Shown one piece after another: positions 51,741-64,000 of a DNA stretch of 64,000 nucleotides. The stretch's first letter is position 1; the number at the start of each line of letters is the position of its first letter. Position numbers and translations under genes: made by a program. Origin of the DNA: Takakia lepidozioides (Eukaryota > Plantae > Bryophyta). The DNA lies in the NCBI GenBank assembly GCA_030704615.1, contig CM060732.1:37138001-37202000 (forward strand), written 5' to 3'. Under the pieces are notes generated by a model that saw nothing but the letters and a program-made list of their open reading frames with translations, searched no databases and had not been told where the DNA came from.

Positions 51741-51878
51741 CCTTCGTCTATTAATCTAATACGTCTTTACTTCACACGTGCAAGACCAGTGCGCGGGACC
51801 CAGGCCCCGCGCGCGCGGGGTCACGCGCACGGGTCCGGCACGCGTGAAAGAAAGACGCATTAGATTAATAGACAAAGG
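51741..51878. other. ~138-bp foldback (MITE-like) upstream of the methyltransferase
   Basis: gtctattaatctaatacgtctttacttcacacgtgc ... gcacgcgtgaaagaaagacgcattagattaatagac. Confidence 0.8.
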
Positions 51879-52184
51879 TGGTGGGCTCTCCACTGCTGCC
51901 CACCCTGCTTCCTTCGACTGTGTTTGCATGGCAGCGAGCGAGTTGAGTCTTGTCCACACTTCACTTCTTCCTCGATCTAGTCAAGTTGGACGCCGTTACA
52001 TTCTCAACGACGCCGTCATAGAGATGAAATGAAATGGTAGTTTATAACGTCCGCCGAAAGCTAAAGAGCTTATGAGAGTTCGACGTTTCCTTGCAGTGAG
52101 AACAGCGGACGCCACTACTGCAAAGGCTGAGATTTCTGGAGGACTTGCACACTCCTTCGGCCTATTGCTACGGCGGTGGTGCGG

Positions 52185-55100
52185 ATGGCAACACACGCTC
52201 AGCTGATTTCATCCTCGTCCCTGCTGCAGCGCTCTTGCGTTTCTTCGAGGGAATTTTTGCACTCTTCTGCCGTGCACTTGCCATTACAATTTAGCAGCAA
52301 CGGAGTTGCAAGATTGAGATGCGATTCGGGAAGACGAGCTGCGAGGGCTCACGCTACATTGTCGGTCGTCAATTCTGTAGGTATCTTTGATTCTTTGTCT
52401 GATCACTGGATTTAAAACCGTTTACTGTCCGATTGTCAAATTCTTGAAGAGATGAATCGTCTGCGCTTACAATATTTGGTTCCATGAAGTCCAGTCTGAA
52501 CATTATACACGTGAAGAATGCGATGACGCCAGTGGATTTGACGGACGCGTACTTTGGCACTCCCTGTGAGAGTTAGGCAGGAAAGGCACACCGCAAGAAT
52601 CACAAACAATCGGATGAAGACTGGCCAAAATGAGAAAGTTCTGGTAGCGAATGAACCAGTACTTTCTCCCTCAGTGCAGACCTAGTATCGAAATAGAGGA
52701 AAATCACTACTGTGAATTTTCCGATATCTCATGTGCCGATAAAATCCCATATAACACTAAAGTAGAAGGCTGCCAAGACATATAGTCAATGAGGAGAAGT
52801 TTCTTCATTTGGCTCAAGTAATTCCCGGACATAAAACAAAGTTTCATGATAAAAGTTCCCTCCACTGGTTTTCCCTGTTGACATATTTCCCTAGCAATAT
52901 CTACTGCTAGTTTTGGACTCAATAGGGCATTTCATGCGGCAGAAGTAATCTAAGCTACAGATAACTTGTCATCATCTTGCCTTTTAGTTTCACCTTTCAG
53001 CACAAGATCACCACTTCATCATCTCCTGGGTCTGGGAGTGCCCTGTCTAAATTTACATTATTGCAGGAGCCAAGCATTGAGAAAGAGGAAAAGACGACAC
53101 TCGAGTTGTTGTGTTGCCCAATATGCTTTGAGCCTCTTGTAAGGAAAGGGCCTCCAGGCCTCAGCCAGTGAGTGTGCTTACCTTCTCAATGTCTGCTTTT
53201 GGGAATGCATCAGACCTAAAGCAGCACGATCTCAATTGTGTTCAATTTCAATTGAATGTGTCAATTGCTTTTATTGGATTTTGACCTGAGTTTGTCATTA
53301 TTGGGGTTGGCACTAATATGGTGTGTGCAGAGCAGCAGTAGCAAGGTCAGGTTTCCAGTGTAAAAGGTGCAAGAAAGGGTATTCAAACAGGGATGTCTAT
53401 CTTGACCTCACGATTTTGGCGGGATCACGGGACTACCAGGAGACTTTGACACCAGGCACTGAAATATTTAGGTATTTTCTAATTTGTTGCAGTTCCTTTG
53501 CGAGCACTTCAAGTCACAAGTAAAATGCTGAATAATTCTTCTACATGGGGTCGTTGGATCTGAAGAAAAGAGGTGAAATGAGATTGGTAATTTGAAAAGG
53601 TTGCCCTAGGAATGGACTTTGAGATGATTTCTCGTATGAACATATTGTGATGTTTGATTATTGGTAAATGCTGTACATATGAGGTATGCAGGTTGGTAAA
53701 TTTCATTCTACTTTGCATTTTGTTTTAGAATCACTTGGTACAGGTCTGTCCAACATAATCATGTAAGTCCAACAGAGCACTCCTTGGAGAATGAACAGAG
53801 TCTTATGCTCTAGAGATTGGGAAGCAGCAGAGGCATGAAGGACACACCTTCTCTGCTTGTTGTTATATTTACAGAGAGGTTTATCAGTGCCCCATTTTCA
53901 TTTCCATTGCATCCTGGAAGGGGTCCCTTGCTGGTGTCTGCAGTTTCAGAGTTCTGAGGGTTGTGGGCTTGATGCCGAAAACTTTTTCTGTTGCAGGAGT
54001 CCGTGGGTTTCCTTTGTGTATGAGCGAGGATGGCGTCAAATGTTTAGTACAGGTGGCTTCCCAGGTCTGGATGAGGAGGTGCCCACATTTCCAGCCCCTC
54101 AGTCCATTCGGGCAGTATCTTCATCCTTTTGCTAGTTTTGTTGTGTAAGTCAATCACAATCAGCTGGCTGCATCATTTGAGATATATGGGCAGGCAAGAT
54201 GTTCCAGTTCCTTGTGAGATGGACTATCGTCTAATATGTAAGCAAGGGTGGCTGTGTGCAGTTGAAGATTGCACAAGATTTCTTTAAGCCAACAGTAGGA
54301 GGGGTCCTGTTGGATGTAAGCTGTGGCAGTGGCCTGTTCACCCGCCGCTTTGCTCAGAGTGGAAACTACAAGGCTGTTATTGCCCTTGACTTTTCGGAGA
54401 ACATGCTCCGCCAGTCTTATGAGTTCATCAAGCAAGATCGCTCCCTTTCCACTGCGTATGTCTCTCCATTTTTTAGCACACAGAGTTGCACACAGAGGCA
54501 GAACGAGCAAAGTAATTAGTGGACCGTTGTTATGTAGCATAGTGGCCCTGCACATCCTGGGCACAGTTTGTATGAAGCAGGAAAAATAGAAAAGAAAGTG
54601 GGGGGAAGCAAACATATTGAGTCACAGACAGAAATGAACTGGTGCTTTAAAATGTTTACGGGAAGCTAAAAAGAGCTGATGGGACGAAATGAAGAAAGAG
54701 ACAAGAAAGAGAGAGGGGCCACGGAGATGTACCAATGAGCAATTAGGAGAGAGTACAAATCTGAGCAGTGTGATGATGCTGATGGTGAGTTGTTTTGCTT
54801 GGCAGAAATATAGCTCTGGTCAGAGCAGATGTGGCTAGGTTGCCATTTTCCACAGGAACGATCCATGCAGTGCATGCTGGGGCTGCTTTGCACTGCTGGC
54901 CCTCTCCTGCAGCTGGGGTACGACAATTTGCAGTGCCCTTATCAACTGTACTGTGCTTGATCTTCTTAAGCAACTTTTTTTCTGGTCACTAGACATGGCC
55001 AAAGTTGTTGAAGTATGCTGAGCTCTGACAAAGCAAGAGTCGTTTGCAGGTGTCAGAGATCAGTCGGATTTTGAAACCTGGTGGCGTGCTTGTGGCTACC

Positions 55101-56833
55101 ACTTTTGTAACACCAACTGTACTAGACGGCCTCCTGCCTCTCCGCCAGGTGCGTGATCAGGTTATTTTTCGGGAAAAAGCTCATTCTCTGCCACCCCCTT
55201 TTTCTGTGTTTGAATTGGGAACCACATTCACTAGCTCATTGAGTAATAGTGAAGGCTGAGCCTTTTCCTTGCAACAGTTGTTAGGTTCCAAGTTCTCAAT
55301 GCAGTCATCTCTTCCTAATTTGGGATGCTCTTACACCGCTGGTCTCAAGTAAGCTATCGTTCTTCAGGAGATGCTGCAAATTCCTTTTGAGATTCCAAGT
55401 GGTATTTTAAGTCCCACAAAAACCAGAGAGCAGTGGGTGACGTTGCCCCTGGACCTTCTTGAGTTTGAGAACCTAATGGTTATAGCTTGTAGGTTCTCTG
55501 GCGTGGATGGGTTCACATTCACAGCTTGATCTTCAGATGATGATAAGGCATACTGTGGCACCATGTGTGGGTAAGCCTGTTTTCGCGAGATGTGAAGCAG
55601 TGGGCCAGTCACAATGGTTACTTTGTGGAGTGGACTTCCCACAGTAACAAGTATCTAAACCTTGCCCCTCCTCCACCTCACCAGCTGCTGGTGCTGGCTA
55701 CATTTAGACCAACCAGATTGGACACCTGCTTCATCCACCGTTTGATCCTCTAACCATCATCATCCACCACTTTATATACCTATGAAGCGGATGAGTTTGA
55801 TTATCTAGTCAGTCCAATAAGAGCCTAGGGCTTCTCATTGCACGATTGTTAGTTTTCCAATCTGAATGAACAATCCTTGTTTTGCGAGTAAAAATCTAAA
55901 CTGGTTCAGATTTTTTACCATCAGCTGGGTGGTTGCTAAATGAAAGGAAGCTGCTGTTTATCCGAAGTCTCAGGGCTCAACACCCTGCAACCACAGTTTG
56001 TTGTTTTGCCCTCTCGAGTTCATCATTGAAGCTGACTACTCCTTAATAGGAACCTTTCCTCCATCCAGTTTCCACATGAGGCGTGTGGCAGATTATTGCC
56101 TTGTCATCCCTGTGTCAAGGATTAGGTCTGTTCTGTTCCCATCGTGTGCTCAGTGTCAGAATTGGATTAGTTGTGTCTGTGTGAAGCAAAGTATGCAGAC
56201 TGACACCCATTAGAGTCTGCACCCATTAGAGCTTGTTTAGCGCTGCACATGCTGAGGTCAGGTCCGATGGTTCACTGTGGGGTTATGACATTTTCCTGAG
56301 AGTTTCCATAGTCTCTTTCTCTCTCTTTTTATTTCTGGCTCTGATTTTGTCTCCTCTCTCTTGTTTTCTTCCACTTTGTCCCATAAGCTCTAAGAGCTTT
56401 CCGCGGACGATATAGAGCACCATTTCATTTTGACTCCTCTCTCTTGTTTTCTTCCACTTTGTCCCATAAGCTCTAAGAGCTTTCCGCGGACGTTATAAAG
56501 CACCATTTCATTTCATTTCATCTCTCTCTCTCTCTAAACTGGGTGAGGGGTCAATGGCCACAAGGCTACGGCAAACGTCTTATGAGTACATTCTCTCTCT
56601 CTCTCTCTCCCTCTTGTTGCAACTCTCAGAAGGAACATGTTTTTTGTTTTGTAATAGTTGCGCTGCTTGACGTCTTTGCATGGCAGGCAATGAAGCAAGC
56701 GATATCAAGCATCTCATTCAGATATTGGGACGAAGCAGAGCTGGAGGAGCTTTGCCGAATATGTGGACTCGTGGATTACAGGCACATCCGCAGTGGCAAT
56801 TTCATTATGCTCTCAGCTCGCAAACCTGAATAA
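52185..56833 (+). CDS. Chloroplast SAM-dependent (UbiE/type 11) methyltransferase, At2g41040/At1g78140-like, 355 aa
   Basis: Exons 52185-52376, 53067-53167, 53331-53471, 53997-54078, 54262-54455, 54806-54917, 55050-55148 and 56687-56833; all introns GT-AG and phase-consistent (1068 nt); transit-peptide-like N-terminus, CPIC/CKRC, YERGWRQ, LLDVSCGSG, ALDFSENML, RADVARLPF, AGAALHCWPSP, RILKPGG. Confidence 0.95.
56351..56512. repeat. 83-bp tandem duplication in the last intron
   Basis: ctcctctctcttgttttcttccactttg at 56351 and 56434. Confidence 0.9.
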
Positions 56834-56902
56834 GACAAAGCATTCTATTCCTCTGCACCTTTATCGCACCATTCTCAAACATTTTCACACTAGCTCCAAA
56901 GC

Positions 56903-57664
56903 TTATCTCCCATAGGACCATGTGCTGTAGAGAGAGTTGAAAATCAATCTGTCAAGACAAAGTAGCCTGGATCCCAACACTGGTCCCAGAGAGATTCTTT
57001 GGCAGTGGCAATCACCGGAAGTCTCAAGCCTCAGTGTCTCCTCATGGGCTTTAAGGTGAGACCCATTATTTGATGAGGGCAAAGGAGGGTAATTGCAGTT
57101 TTCGGAAGGGATGGCATTCAATATTCCAGGGTAGACTACAAAATCACACCACTTGTCAAGAGAGAATATTGCATCCATGGCTTCACCTTCTATTCTGAAG
57201 ACACGACGGCAATAGACAACATGTGTAACTTCTCTTGGGCCATCTCCGGCTTGCCTGGCTTGTTGTAATGGTTTTTCACCTCTTGAAATAACTTTGGTCT
57301 GAAGGTAGGGTCTGCAATTTCTCAGTTGTTTTACAAAAGCACTCATAATAGTCTTTGTGGCGGTCATCTCTTTCTGGATGCGACTCTCAACACCTTTTGC
57401 TATCTTTCTCTCCTCAGGGGTAAAGCTGTAATATTCTAGTTTGTCATGCTCTCCTGCATCTGTAATGTCAAGGGAATGCACGAGAGTTGCATCAACCCAA
57501 GGGCAAGGGAAACAAACAGAAACAAACATGTGGAAGCAGGAATATCGAAAGGAAAGATGATGGAAGATGTATCTCACCGCGTACATATACTCCATGAAAG
57601 CCTCACGGGTGAACGAGTACCACGTTTTTGATGTCTTGGAGCTTTCGCATTTCTTGTACGTCAT
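56903..57664 (-). CDS. Unassigned 253-aa ORF convergent with the methyltransferase
   Basis: Long ATG-initiated ORF with no recognisable domain; it may contain an in-frame intron. Confidence 0.3.
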   Translation of the reverse strand: MTYKKCESSKTSKTWYSFTREAFMEYMYAVRYIFHHLSFRYSCFHMFVSVCFPCPWVDATLVHSLDITDAGEHDKLEYYSFTPEERKIAKGVESRIQKEMTATKTIMSAFVKQLRNCRPYLQTKVISRGEKPLQQARQAGDGPREVTHVVYCRRVFRIEGEAMDAIFSLDKWCDFVVYPGILNAIPSENCNYPPLPSSNNGSHLKAHEETLRLETSGDCHCQRISLGPVLGSRLLCLDRLIFNSLYSTWSYGR

Positions 57665-57686
57665 TCAAGAAACAATTACAAGGGGG

Positions 57687-59350
57687 GCTCAAATAGTGTG
57701 CGTTGACGCACACTGTTTGGGCTGCCAGGTTAGTGTGGATTGAACCTCACAGAGATACCCTGTCTGGACGATTTTATTATGAAAAAACATTGAGAAGGGG
57801 GGCTCAAACAGTGTGCGTTGGCGCACACTGTTTGAGCTTCGAATTAGGGGTGGATTGTTCCAGACAAAGAGGCCTCTGTGTGCACCATTTCCACACAAAA
57901 AAAAATGGCACAAGGGGGGCTCAAACAGTGTGCGTTGACGCACACTGTTTGAGCTTCCAATTCGGGGTGGATTGAACCTGCCAGAGTGGCCCTATGTGGC
58001 CGTTTTGAACATGAAAAAACAAGCAAAATGGGGGGCTCAAACAGTGTGCGGTGCCGCACACTGTTTGAGCTTCCAATTCGGGGTGGATTGAACCTGTCAG
58101 AGTGGTCATATGTAGTCGTTTTGCACATCAAAAAACAAGCAAAATGGGGGGTTCAAACAGTGTACGGTGCCGCACACTGTTTGAGCTTCCTATTCGGGGT
58201 GGATTGAACCTGCCTGAGTGGCCCTATGTGGCCGATTTTCACATGAAAAAAACAATAACAAGGTGGGCTCAAACAGTGTGCGTTGACGCACACTATTTGA
58301 GCTGTCAGGTAAGTGTGCATTGAACCTGCCAGGCGGGCCCTATGTGGCCGATTTTCAAATGAAAAAAATAATGACAAGGTGGGCTCAAACAGTGTGCGTT
58401 GAAGCACACTGTTTGAGCTGCCAGATAAGTGTGCATTGAACCTCAAAGAGATCTCCTATGTGGCCGATTTTCAAATGAAAAAAACAATGACAAGGTGGCC
58501 TCAAACAGTTTGCGTTGACGCACACTGTTTGAGCTGCCAGGTAAGTGTGCATTGAACTTGCCAGACTGGCCCTATGTGGCCGATTTTCACATGGAAAAAA
58601 CAATGACAAGGTGGGCTCAAACTGTGTGCGTTGAAGCACACTGCTGGAGCTGCCAGGAAATTGTTGATTGAACCTCATAGAGATACCATGTCTGGACAAT
58701 TTTATTATGAAAAAAGTAGTGAGAAGGGGGGCTCGAACAGTGTGCGTTGGCGCACACTGTTTGAGCTTCGAATTGGGAGTGGATTGAATTAGATAGAGAG
58801 GCCCCCGTGTGCACCATTTCCACACCAAAAAACAAGGCACAAGGGGGGCTCAAACAGTATGCGTTGACGCACACTGTTTGAGCTTCCAATTCGGGGTGGA
58901 TTGAACCTGCCATAGTGGCCCTATGTGGCCGTTTTGAACATGAAAAAACAAGCAAAATGGGGGGCTCAAACAGTGTGCGGTGTCGCACACTCATTGAGCT
59001 TCCAATTCGGGGTGGATTGAACCTGCCATAGTGGCCCTATGTGGCCGTTTTGAACATGAAAAAACAAGCAAAATGGGGAGCTCAAACAGTGTGCGGTGTC
59101 GCACACTATTTGAGCTTCCAATTCGGGGTGGATTGAACCTACCATAGTGGCCCTATGTGGCCGTTTTGAACATGAAAAAACAAGCAAAATGGGGGGCTCA
59201 AACAGTGTGCGGTGCCGCACACTGTTTGAGCTTCCAATTCGGGGTGGATTGAACCTGCCATAGTGGCCCCATGTGGCCGTTTTGCACATCAAAAAACAAG
59301 CAAAATGGGGGCTCAAACAGTGTGCGTTGCCGCACACTGTTTGAGCTTCC
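57687..59350. repeat. 15 x ~116-bp tandem array, each unit with a 36-bp hairpin
   Basis: GCTCAAACAGTGTGCG-N4-CGCACACTGTTTGAGC at about 57687, 57802, 57919, 58035, 58151, 58267, 58383, 58499, 58615, 58731, 58848, 58964, 59080, 59196 and 59311. Confidence 0.95.
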
Positions 59351-59759
59351 AATTCGGGGTGGATTGAACCTGCCAGAGATGCCGTGTATAGGCGGTTTTC
59401 ATATCAAAATACAAGCACAACTGGGGTTCACATCACCAATGAAGCACAAAGGTCGGTCTCAAACATTGTACCTTTTTTTTGGCTGCTCCAGAAGACTCCC
59501 CAATCGCCGGAGACCATTTGCACTTCGGAGTGCTCTCTACGCCGAGCATGTTCTGGAGCATCTCCCCCATCCTCTTTTCCACTATCTGGTTCTTTCTGAG
59601 GGCAGCATCAACATCATCTTCGGCGTCCGTCTCTCCCTCGGATGCAGTCTCCTCCTCACCTGTTCTTGGTCTCTCTCTCCCTCCCTCTTTTTTTTGCTGT
59701 TCACAAAAGTAAACAAACCACAAGGGAGAGAGGGTGCAGAAAAAGTTAAAAGATTGTAC

Positions 59760-60470
59760 TCATAAGACGTTGTTTGCGGTAGCCTTGTGGCCATTGACCC
59801 CGCGCTCAGTTTGAGCGGGAACAAAAGGGACAAAACCTGCCTCTGTCAGGGGCTGACGTTGGTAGTAAGACTTACCTTCATATATAGAATTAATCTGGGT
59901 TTTCCAGATATCCTCTAGAAATCCCTTCACACAAGCATCAAACTGCTGTGTGTGATTTGCCCAATAACTAGGCCTCAGGAGGGCTTGGGCTTTTGGCTCG
60001 GCCTTGAGACTTTCAAAGTTGGTAAACAGAGATACAGGCACAATTCCCTTGATAGATTTGAAGAGAGCATCTCTTTGGTGAGAGAACCCCGGACAGTGTA
60101 TCAGAAAATGAGTACTGTCTTCAAATTGCCCACACAACGGGCAATTGCACTCTCCCTTTCCTCTCTGCTTCTGTTTGTTGTTCAAAGGTAGGCTTCCTGC
60201 CTTGAGTTTAAATTTCAGTCTAGTGCCGAGAGTGGGGAGACCCTTGAGGTCATCCAAGATGTCCTCCCCCATGTCACTGACTGGAAACAAGTTCAGGGAA
60301 GTTTTCTGCCTAACTTCATTTTCATTAGACAATCTCATGGCAACAGACATGGCTTTGGACACTACAGCCTCTAAGTCAGATTTATCAACCCATATTGCAG
60401 ATCCGTACTCCAAGGCAGGTCTAATAATGCGACAAAGCATGGTTTTCTTAATCTCAGAATTGACCCCTCT
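59760..60470 (-). mobile_element. 3' end of a LINE ORF2 (internally deleted)
   Basis: IIRPALEYGSAIW...RLKFKLKAGSLPL...CPLCGQFEDSTHFLIHC. Confidence 0.8.
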
Positions 60471-62399
60471 GCAGAAAAGGTTAAAAAGAGAGAAGGAGAG
60501 GGAAGATATTCATGTCATGTCAAGACATGGACAAGACCAACTAGGGTCATTTGTCAATTAAAGACATAAACAGCCCATGACAGGGCACCATCTAACATTT
60601 CCAGTCTTGTCATAACACACCAAGTGACACCACCCATTCAGTCATGATAAAATAGGGTGGGAGGGCGGGGTATGTTCATAATCAGATTCCTGTCATGTAC
60701 CCAAGTGACCCTCTTGCACAATATAAGTCAGATTGCAGCCTCAAATTATATCATCCATAGTTATCCATAAGATATGCACCATGCAAGATATCATGGGCAT
60801 ATAAGAACTTCTTGCCACATTATAGATCCAAGATATGTATACACAAGTACCTTGAGGTGATCCAAGACAAGCATTATGCAAGGGTAGGTAAGAACAGTCT
60901 GCCCTACAACACATTCAGTGAGTGTTCACACCGGCAGCAGGAAGGACCAGCCTGCAATTAATTACACTTATGGCCTGCCACCAAGTACACTTCTTGGGGG
61001 CATGGTAAGCCATATTGCCGCTTCACATTTGGCCAAATGTAACCAAAGCATGCATCGTGCAAGGCCTTCTGGGTATGTAAGAACAGTCTGTCATTGTATA
61101 TATTCAGGACCTGTGCACATAGGACTCTTGCTGGCCCAGCCTGCAGTAAATCAGACTTCAAACATGCAACCAAGTGATCACTTTGGGCATGACAAGACTG
61201 ACTGCGATTCATTCTATATCATGTACACTTGCCCCAAGATATACATCATGTAAGGCATTTTGGCATGGAAGAAAGGCCTGTCCTATCACAGCATCCAGAA
61301 CTGGACACACATACACTTTGAGTGCCCAAGACCAAGCCCACTTGGCCAAGATAAATCATACAATGCAGGTGGCTGTTCATATGGAAAAATAAAGTAAATA
61401 ATCATTGGCCAGAGTCCTTTAGAGCTTACCGTCACTGTTTCATAGGAGGCTAATGCCATGTTTTGCAAATAGAACCTCACTATGCTCCATTCCACAACAA
61501 ATCCAGTCTGAAACGGCCTGTCACTGCCTTATCAGGCTGTCTTTTTTAACAAAATTCAGGTCTCCTCGTCCTTAGAGCCAAACAGCCACTTATGACTTGT
61601 CCCTTACACCAGCAATCCTCTTTTAAGGCCAAAAAAAGGGAAACCTAGTCTAAAAATCCACAGGCAAAGCTGTCAAAGATTCAAGACAAGGTAGGATTCA
61701 CATGCAGTGCTGCATGAGACAAGGTTGCCAGGCCAAAGTGCTCCATCAGCAGCAGCAAAGGATAAGTCAAAAGCAAGCATCATCATGTCAAACCGGGAGC
61801 AAACGAGCCGAAAGCGGGGCTGCAGGCAGCAGCAGTATGTTCCTTTTGCACACATCCTGCAAGCTCAAGAGAATTCAAAGTAGGTAGGGATCCTCACCTG
61901 GTCCCATCACAAGCCCCCACAAAAACCAATGGGTTAGTGAGGATTGTGGAACCCCAGGTGAATCACAGACCCCTACACTTGTTATCGATGTCAACTAAGA
62001 ACCCCAAAAAGCAAGAGAGAAAGATATGAAGTAAAAGGAACCCTAATCGCCAAAAGCACCTTGAGCGATTGGGGAAGGTAACACTGCGCCATCGCCACCA
62101 ACACGCCACCTCCAACATAGCTAAGGAGAAGCGAAGCATCCAAATGCTAGGTCTAAGAAGGGAGAGGGAGCGATATACTTCCCCACCAAAGCGCCGCTGC
62201 GAAACATAAAAACCGGAGGAGGGAAATGGACGATAGAACCCGCTGTGAGAAGAGACAAGACGCCGCCATTGCGCATCCCCAGGAGCTCGTCCGGCATGAA
62301 GCAGCAAACAGGGTAGCAGCAGAGCTCAGACGCCATAACTCGCAAGCTCAGCAGCACGAGGAATGCAGCTGACAGCGGGAGAGACACCCTAGGGCAGAG

Positions 62400-63020
62400 C
62401 CCGATTTTTCATCCGGAGGATGAATAATCAATACCCTTTTTCTTAAGAACCCGACGGATGTCATCTGTTAGCTAGGTTTAAACAGTAGATTATAGGGTAG
62501 GAGTTAGGGTTTCACTCCTTAATTAGCAATAATTAAGGGTAATTAAAAAAATCTCCATGGCCGTCATAAGCTGCTTTTTTCATCCGGTCCAGATGAAAAA
62601 AAAAATAGGTTCATTTGTTTGGATGAGGTCCATCAGCAGGATGAAAAATTAGTATACATCATCCAGGGCAGCGGTTTTTCATTCTAATAGGTAATTCATC
62701 ATCCCTTAAGAGAAAGCCTCATTCAGTACGGAAAAAAACATAAAGGGGGAATAAAACGAATTCAAATCCTGGTATTTTTCATCCGGCATGGATGGAAAAA
62801 ATTATAGATAGGATGTCAGTGTCATAACCCTTATGGAGGTAATTCCTCATTCTCTGATTACTCATCTGATAGATGAAAGTCAATAAAAGAGGAATGAAAA
62901 ATTATAGGTCCTTTTTAAAGGTACTTTAGTGTCCACCCAGGTGATTCTTCCGGTATGGATAGAAAACCTTTACAAGTCGGGTGAAAACACCTTTTAGAGT
63001 CCATCTGGTATAGATGGAAA
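62400..63020. repeat. Dispersed TTTTCATCC/GGATGAAAA motifs in both orientations (DNA-transposon subterminal-like)
   Basis: tttttcatccggaggatgaa, tttttcatccggtccagatgaaaa, tttttcatccggcatggatggaaaa. Confidence 0.5.
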
Positions 63021-63309
63021 ATCATGAAAAGAACACTGATGCAAACGGCCAGTTTCGAGGAGGGAGATAGAGGGAGAGTGGGGGCAACAATGAAAAAAAA
63101 TGGGTTGGGGGGGGGGGGGGGGGGGGGGGAGGTCAGATGGTGGGGTCAGCTGCAGCATATGTCCAACACCAGATATCCTAAGTTAATCGACTCTATATCT
63201 TGGAAACAGGACCGCCCACCGACCTGTCAAACAGGCTAAGTCCTGGCAGAAGACAGTAGAAGAGATTCTCAAGGACCTGGACCTGGAACCGCAAGTCTTC
63301 ACCCTGCTA

Positions 63310-63791
63310 GATAAATCTGACTTAGAGGCTGTAGTGTCCAACCATGTCTGTTGCCATGAGATTGTCTGATGAAAATGAAGTTAGGCAAAAAACTTCCCTG
63401 AACTTGTTTCCAATCAGTGACATGGGGGAGGACATCTTGGATGACCTTAAGGGTCTACCCACTCTCGGCACTAGACTGAAATTTAAACTCAGGGCAGGAA
63501 GCCTACCTTTGAATAGCAAACAGAAGCAGATAGGAAATGGAGAGTGCAATTGCCCGTTGTGTTGGTAATCTGAAGACAATACTCATTTTCTGATACACTG
63601 TCTGGGGTTCTCTCACCAAAGAGACGCTCAGAGAGGCCTAGTTATTGGGCAAATCACACATAGCAGATTGATGCTTGTGTGAAGGGATCTGTAGAGGATA
63701 TCTGGAAAACCCGGATTAGTTCCATATGTGAAGGTAAGTCTTACTACCAACGTCAGCCCCTGACAGAGGTAGGATCTGTCCCTTTTGTTTC
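63310..63791 (+). mobile_element. Inverted second copy of the LINE 3' fragment
   Basis: Reverse complement of about 59818-60386 with an internal deletion of roughly 90 bp and a stop codon. Confidence 0.88.
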
Positions 63792-63800
63792 CCCAAGAGA

Positions 63801-63912
63801 GGGGGCAACAAAGAAAAATAGAGAATGTAGGGGGGGGAGTGACTGAGCAGCAACAGCTGCTCAGTCACTCCCCCCCCCCCCCCCACCTTCTTTTCTTTTC
63901 TTTGTTGCCCCC
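63801..63912. other. 112-bp hairpin
   Basis: G8-AGTGACTGAGCAGC-AACA-GCTGCTCAGTCACT-Cn, closed by GGGGGCAACAAAGAAAA / TTTTCTTTGTTGCCCCC. Confidence 0.85.
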
Positions 63913-64000
63913 TGATGTCTCCCTCTCTCTCCCTCTCTTCTGTGTTGCTCTCTTTTAAGCTCCCGACGAGATAAATTCAAGGTCAGATGGTGGGTTCAGC

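Noticed and set aside
57687-59350. CRISPR array
   Set aside because: Spacers are about 80 bp and homologous to each other, no cas genes are present, and the context is eukaryotic
57689-59352. Cys/His-patterned ORFs in the hairpin array
   Set aside because: By-product of the palindromic repeat; similar peptides appear on both strands

Overview
Eukaryotic land-plant nuclear DNA. The PLS-PPR style and TE families suggest a non-seed plant, but this is inference. Only one intact host gene is evident: an 8-exon plastid SAM-dependent methyltransferase (At2g41040/At1g78140-like, 355 aa, 52185-56833 +). The rest is rearranged TE and pseudogene material: (i) an 11.1-kb palindrome (282-11401) made of two inward-facing 5' halves of one Ty3/gypsy-like family; (ii) a LINE truncated by that palindrome, whose ORF1 is interrupted by a 144-bp solo LTR carrying a tRNA-like cloverleaf; (iii) a ~443-bp tandem repeat that is an amplified exon+intron unit encoding an OSB-type PDF ssDNA-binding motif, interleaved with PLS-PPR fragments; (iv) a degenerate non-chromovirus gypsy element with extra ORFs, facing an inverted 3' fragment of the same family; (v) DNA-transposase remnants; (vi) a 15-copy array of 36-bp hairpins with higher-order periodicity; (vii) an inverted LINE-tail duplication and several small foldbacks. 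All family assignments come from motif recognition by eye; no searches were run.
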